Shown here: one piece after another, positions 62,593-64,000 of the stretch
How the letters are laid out: the number at the start of each line of letters is the position of its first letter
Numbering within the stretch: the stretch's first letter is position 1
From: an uncultured bacterium
Lineage (GTDB): Bacteria > Oederibacteriota > PGYV01 > CAWJRG01
Direction: 5' to 3'
Length of the DNA: 64,000 nt
Assembly: GCA_963845185.1 (NCBI GenBank)
Contig: CAWJRG010000009.1
Location: 320,001-384,000 of the forward strand
Notes under the pieces: generated by a model
What the model was told of the DNA's origin: nothing
Seen by the model: only the letters and a program-made list of their open reading frames with translations
The model's database searches: none
Position numbers and translations under genes: made by a program

Positions 62593-64000
62593 ATGAAAAA
62601 AATATATTTTTGTATAATTAATATTGTAATAATTTTATCATCTTCAATTTTTGTATCGGCGGTAGATATTACTATCGATACATCGAAGGGAAGAACGAAG
62701 ATAAGTCAATATATTTATGGGACCAATCAGCCGATTGAAGGCGGGGAAAATTTTACAGCATGGCGGCTTGGCGGAAACAGGATGACGGGTTATAATTGGG
62801 AAAACAACGCGTCAAATGCCGGCAATGACTGGCAGCATTCAAGCGATAATTACATGATTGATTCGCTTGCAATTTCCACAAACCAGTCAAACGAGCCGGC
62901 AAGGACAATCACTTATTTCCATGAGAAATCCCTTTCAATGAATGCGTATTCGCTTGTAACACTCCAAATGGCAGGTTATGTTGCAAAAGATAAAAATGGT
63001 ACGGTGACGGAGCAGGAAACAGCTCCTTCGCCAAGATGGGCGCAGGTCGTGTTCTCAAAAGGCAAGCCTTTTTCCATGAACCCGGATACAGAAGATAATT
63101 TTGTTTATATGGATGAGGAAGTAAATTATTTAGTTAATAAATTCGGCAATGCATCCACGCCGAAAGGCATTAAGGGCTATGCGCTCGACAACGAACCTGA
63201 TATCTGGATGGGTACTCATCCGAGAATACATCCCAAAAAGCAGACGTGTGAGGAAATTATTTCAAAATCCGTCGCACTGGCAAAAGCAGTGAAAAACGTG
63301 GATCCTTACGCCGAAATATTCGGGCCTGCATCTTATGGGTTTAACGGGTTTAAAACTTTTCAGGATGCTCCTGACTGGTACAGTAAATACCAGGATAAAT
63401 ATGACTGGTTTTTATCCTATTATCTTGACATGATGAGAAAGGAATCAAAAAAAGCAGATAAAAGGCTGCTTGATGTTCTGGATGTTCACTGGTATCCTGA
63501 AGCACAGGGAGAAGGCAAAAGAATTGTAACCAACGGAGTTTTTCCCGGGATAAATGCCGCTGCAAGGGTACAGGCGCCAAGATCTTTATGGGACCCAACA
63601 TATACGGAAACAAGTTGGATATGCCAAACAGGCGGTTGCCCAATACAATTGATTCCACACCTGCAAAAATCCATAAAAAAATATTATCCGGGTACCAAAA
63701 TAGGCATCACCGAATATGATTACGGAGGCGGTGAACATATATCGGGCGGCATAGCCATGGCTGATGTACTAGGGATATTCGGCAAATACAGCATCTATTT
63801 TGCCACTTACTGGAATTCAGAAAGCGGCACATATACATCTGCTGCCTTTAAACTTTACAGGAACTATGACGGTAATTACGGGACATTCGGCGACACCAAG
63901 GTAAAATCAGAAACCGATGATGTAGCCGATATGCCTGTATATGCTTCGATAAATGGCAAGGATGACTCATCACTCCATGTTATCGTTATCAACAGGGATA
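62593..64000 (+). CDS. Secreted GH44 endoglucanase/xyloglucanase, 3'-truncated by window edge (absent from the ORF track)
   Basis: Partly translated by hand from ATG 62593 (RBS gaggtg): ISQYIYGTN, RLGGNRMTGYNWENNASNAGNDW, YALDNEPDIW, LDVHWYPE, ITEYDYGG, YRNYDG. Confidence 0.92.
   Translation, partial: MKKIYFCIINIVIILSSSIFVSAVDITIDTSKGRTKISQYIYGTNQPIEGGENFTAWRLGGNRMTGYNWENNASNAGNDWQHSSDNYMIDSLAISTNQSNEPARTITYFHEKSLSMNAYSLVTLQMAGYVAKDKNGTVTEQETAPSPRWAQVVFSKGKPFSMNPDTEDNFVYMDEEVNYLVNKFGNASTPKGIKGYALDNEPDIWMGTHPRIHPKKQTCEEIISKSVALAKAVKNVDPYAEIFGPASYGFNGFKTFQDAPDWYSKYQDKYDWFLSYYLDMMRKESKKADKRLLDVLDVHWYPEAQGEGKRIVTNGVFPGINAAARVQAPRSLWDPTYTETSWICQTGGCPIQLIPHLQKSIKKYYPGTKIGITEYDYGGGEHISGGIAMADVLGIFGKYSIYFATYWNSESGTYTSAAFKLYRNYDGNYGTFGDTKVKSETDDVADMPVYASINGKDDSSLHVIVINRD

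Overview
AT-rich bacterial chromosome window, almost all genes on the + strand. (1) 1-1019: 3' part of an LL-diaminopimelate aminotransferase. (2) ~1.1-9.4 kb: accessory, partly decayed island with a ParB-HTH-linker-TM-TPR protein, two divergent DUF1016/YhcG nucleases, a DUF4145 protein, a truncated HATPase and a CoiA-like nuclease. It is threaded by modular intergenic repeats, heptamer repeats, REP-like hairpins and 19-27 bp palindromes centred on CA-N-TG. (3) Two IS110-family (IS1111-like) elements whose ends, core, junction promoter and putative bridge/seekRNA guides can be read from the sequence: one sits in a REP-like hairpin, the other splits a secreted beta-propeller gene. (4) Housekeeping: folK-dNK-panBCD-nadX-radical SAM, TolC (frameshifted)-MacA-MacB, two DUF2723 membrane glycosyltransferases, a frameshifted cvrA, yceD-rpmF-plsX-fabH-fabD-fabG-acpP-fabF-rnc, acyl-CoA dehydrogenase-etfBA. 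(5) 41-64 kb: secreted plant-polysaccharide enzymes (GH74, GH30+CBM11-like, GH9, partial GH44); the three complete enzymes carry very long alternating-Thr stalks and a shared YPNP-type C-terminal domain. The gene style resembles what I recall of Candidatus Goldbacteria (inference only, untested). All family calls come from motif recognition by eye; no searches were run. No tRNA, rRNA or CRISPR array was seen.
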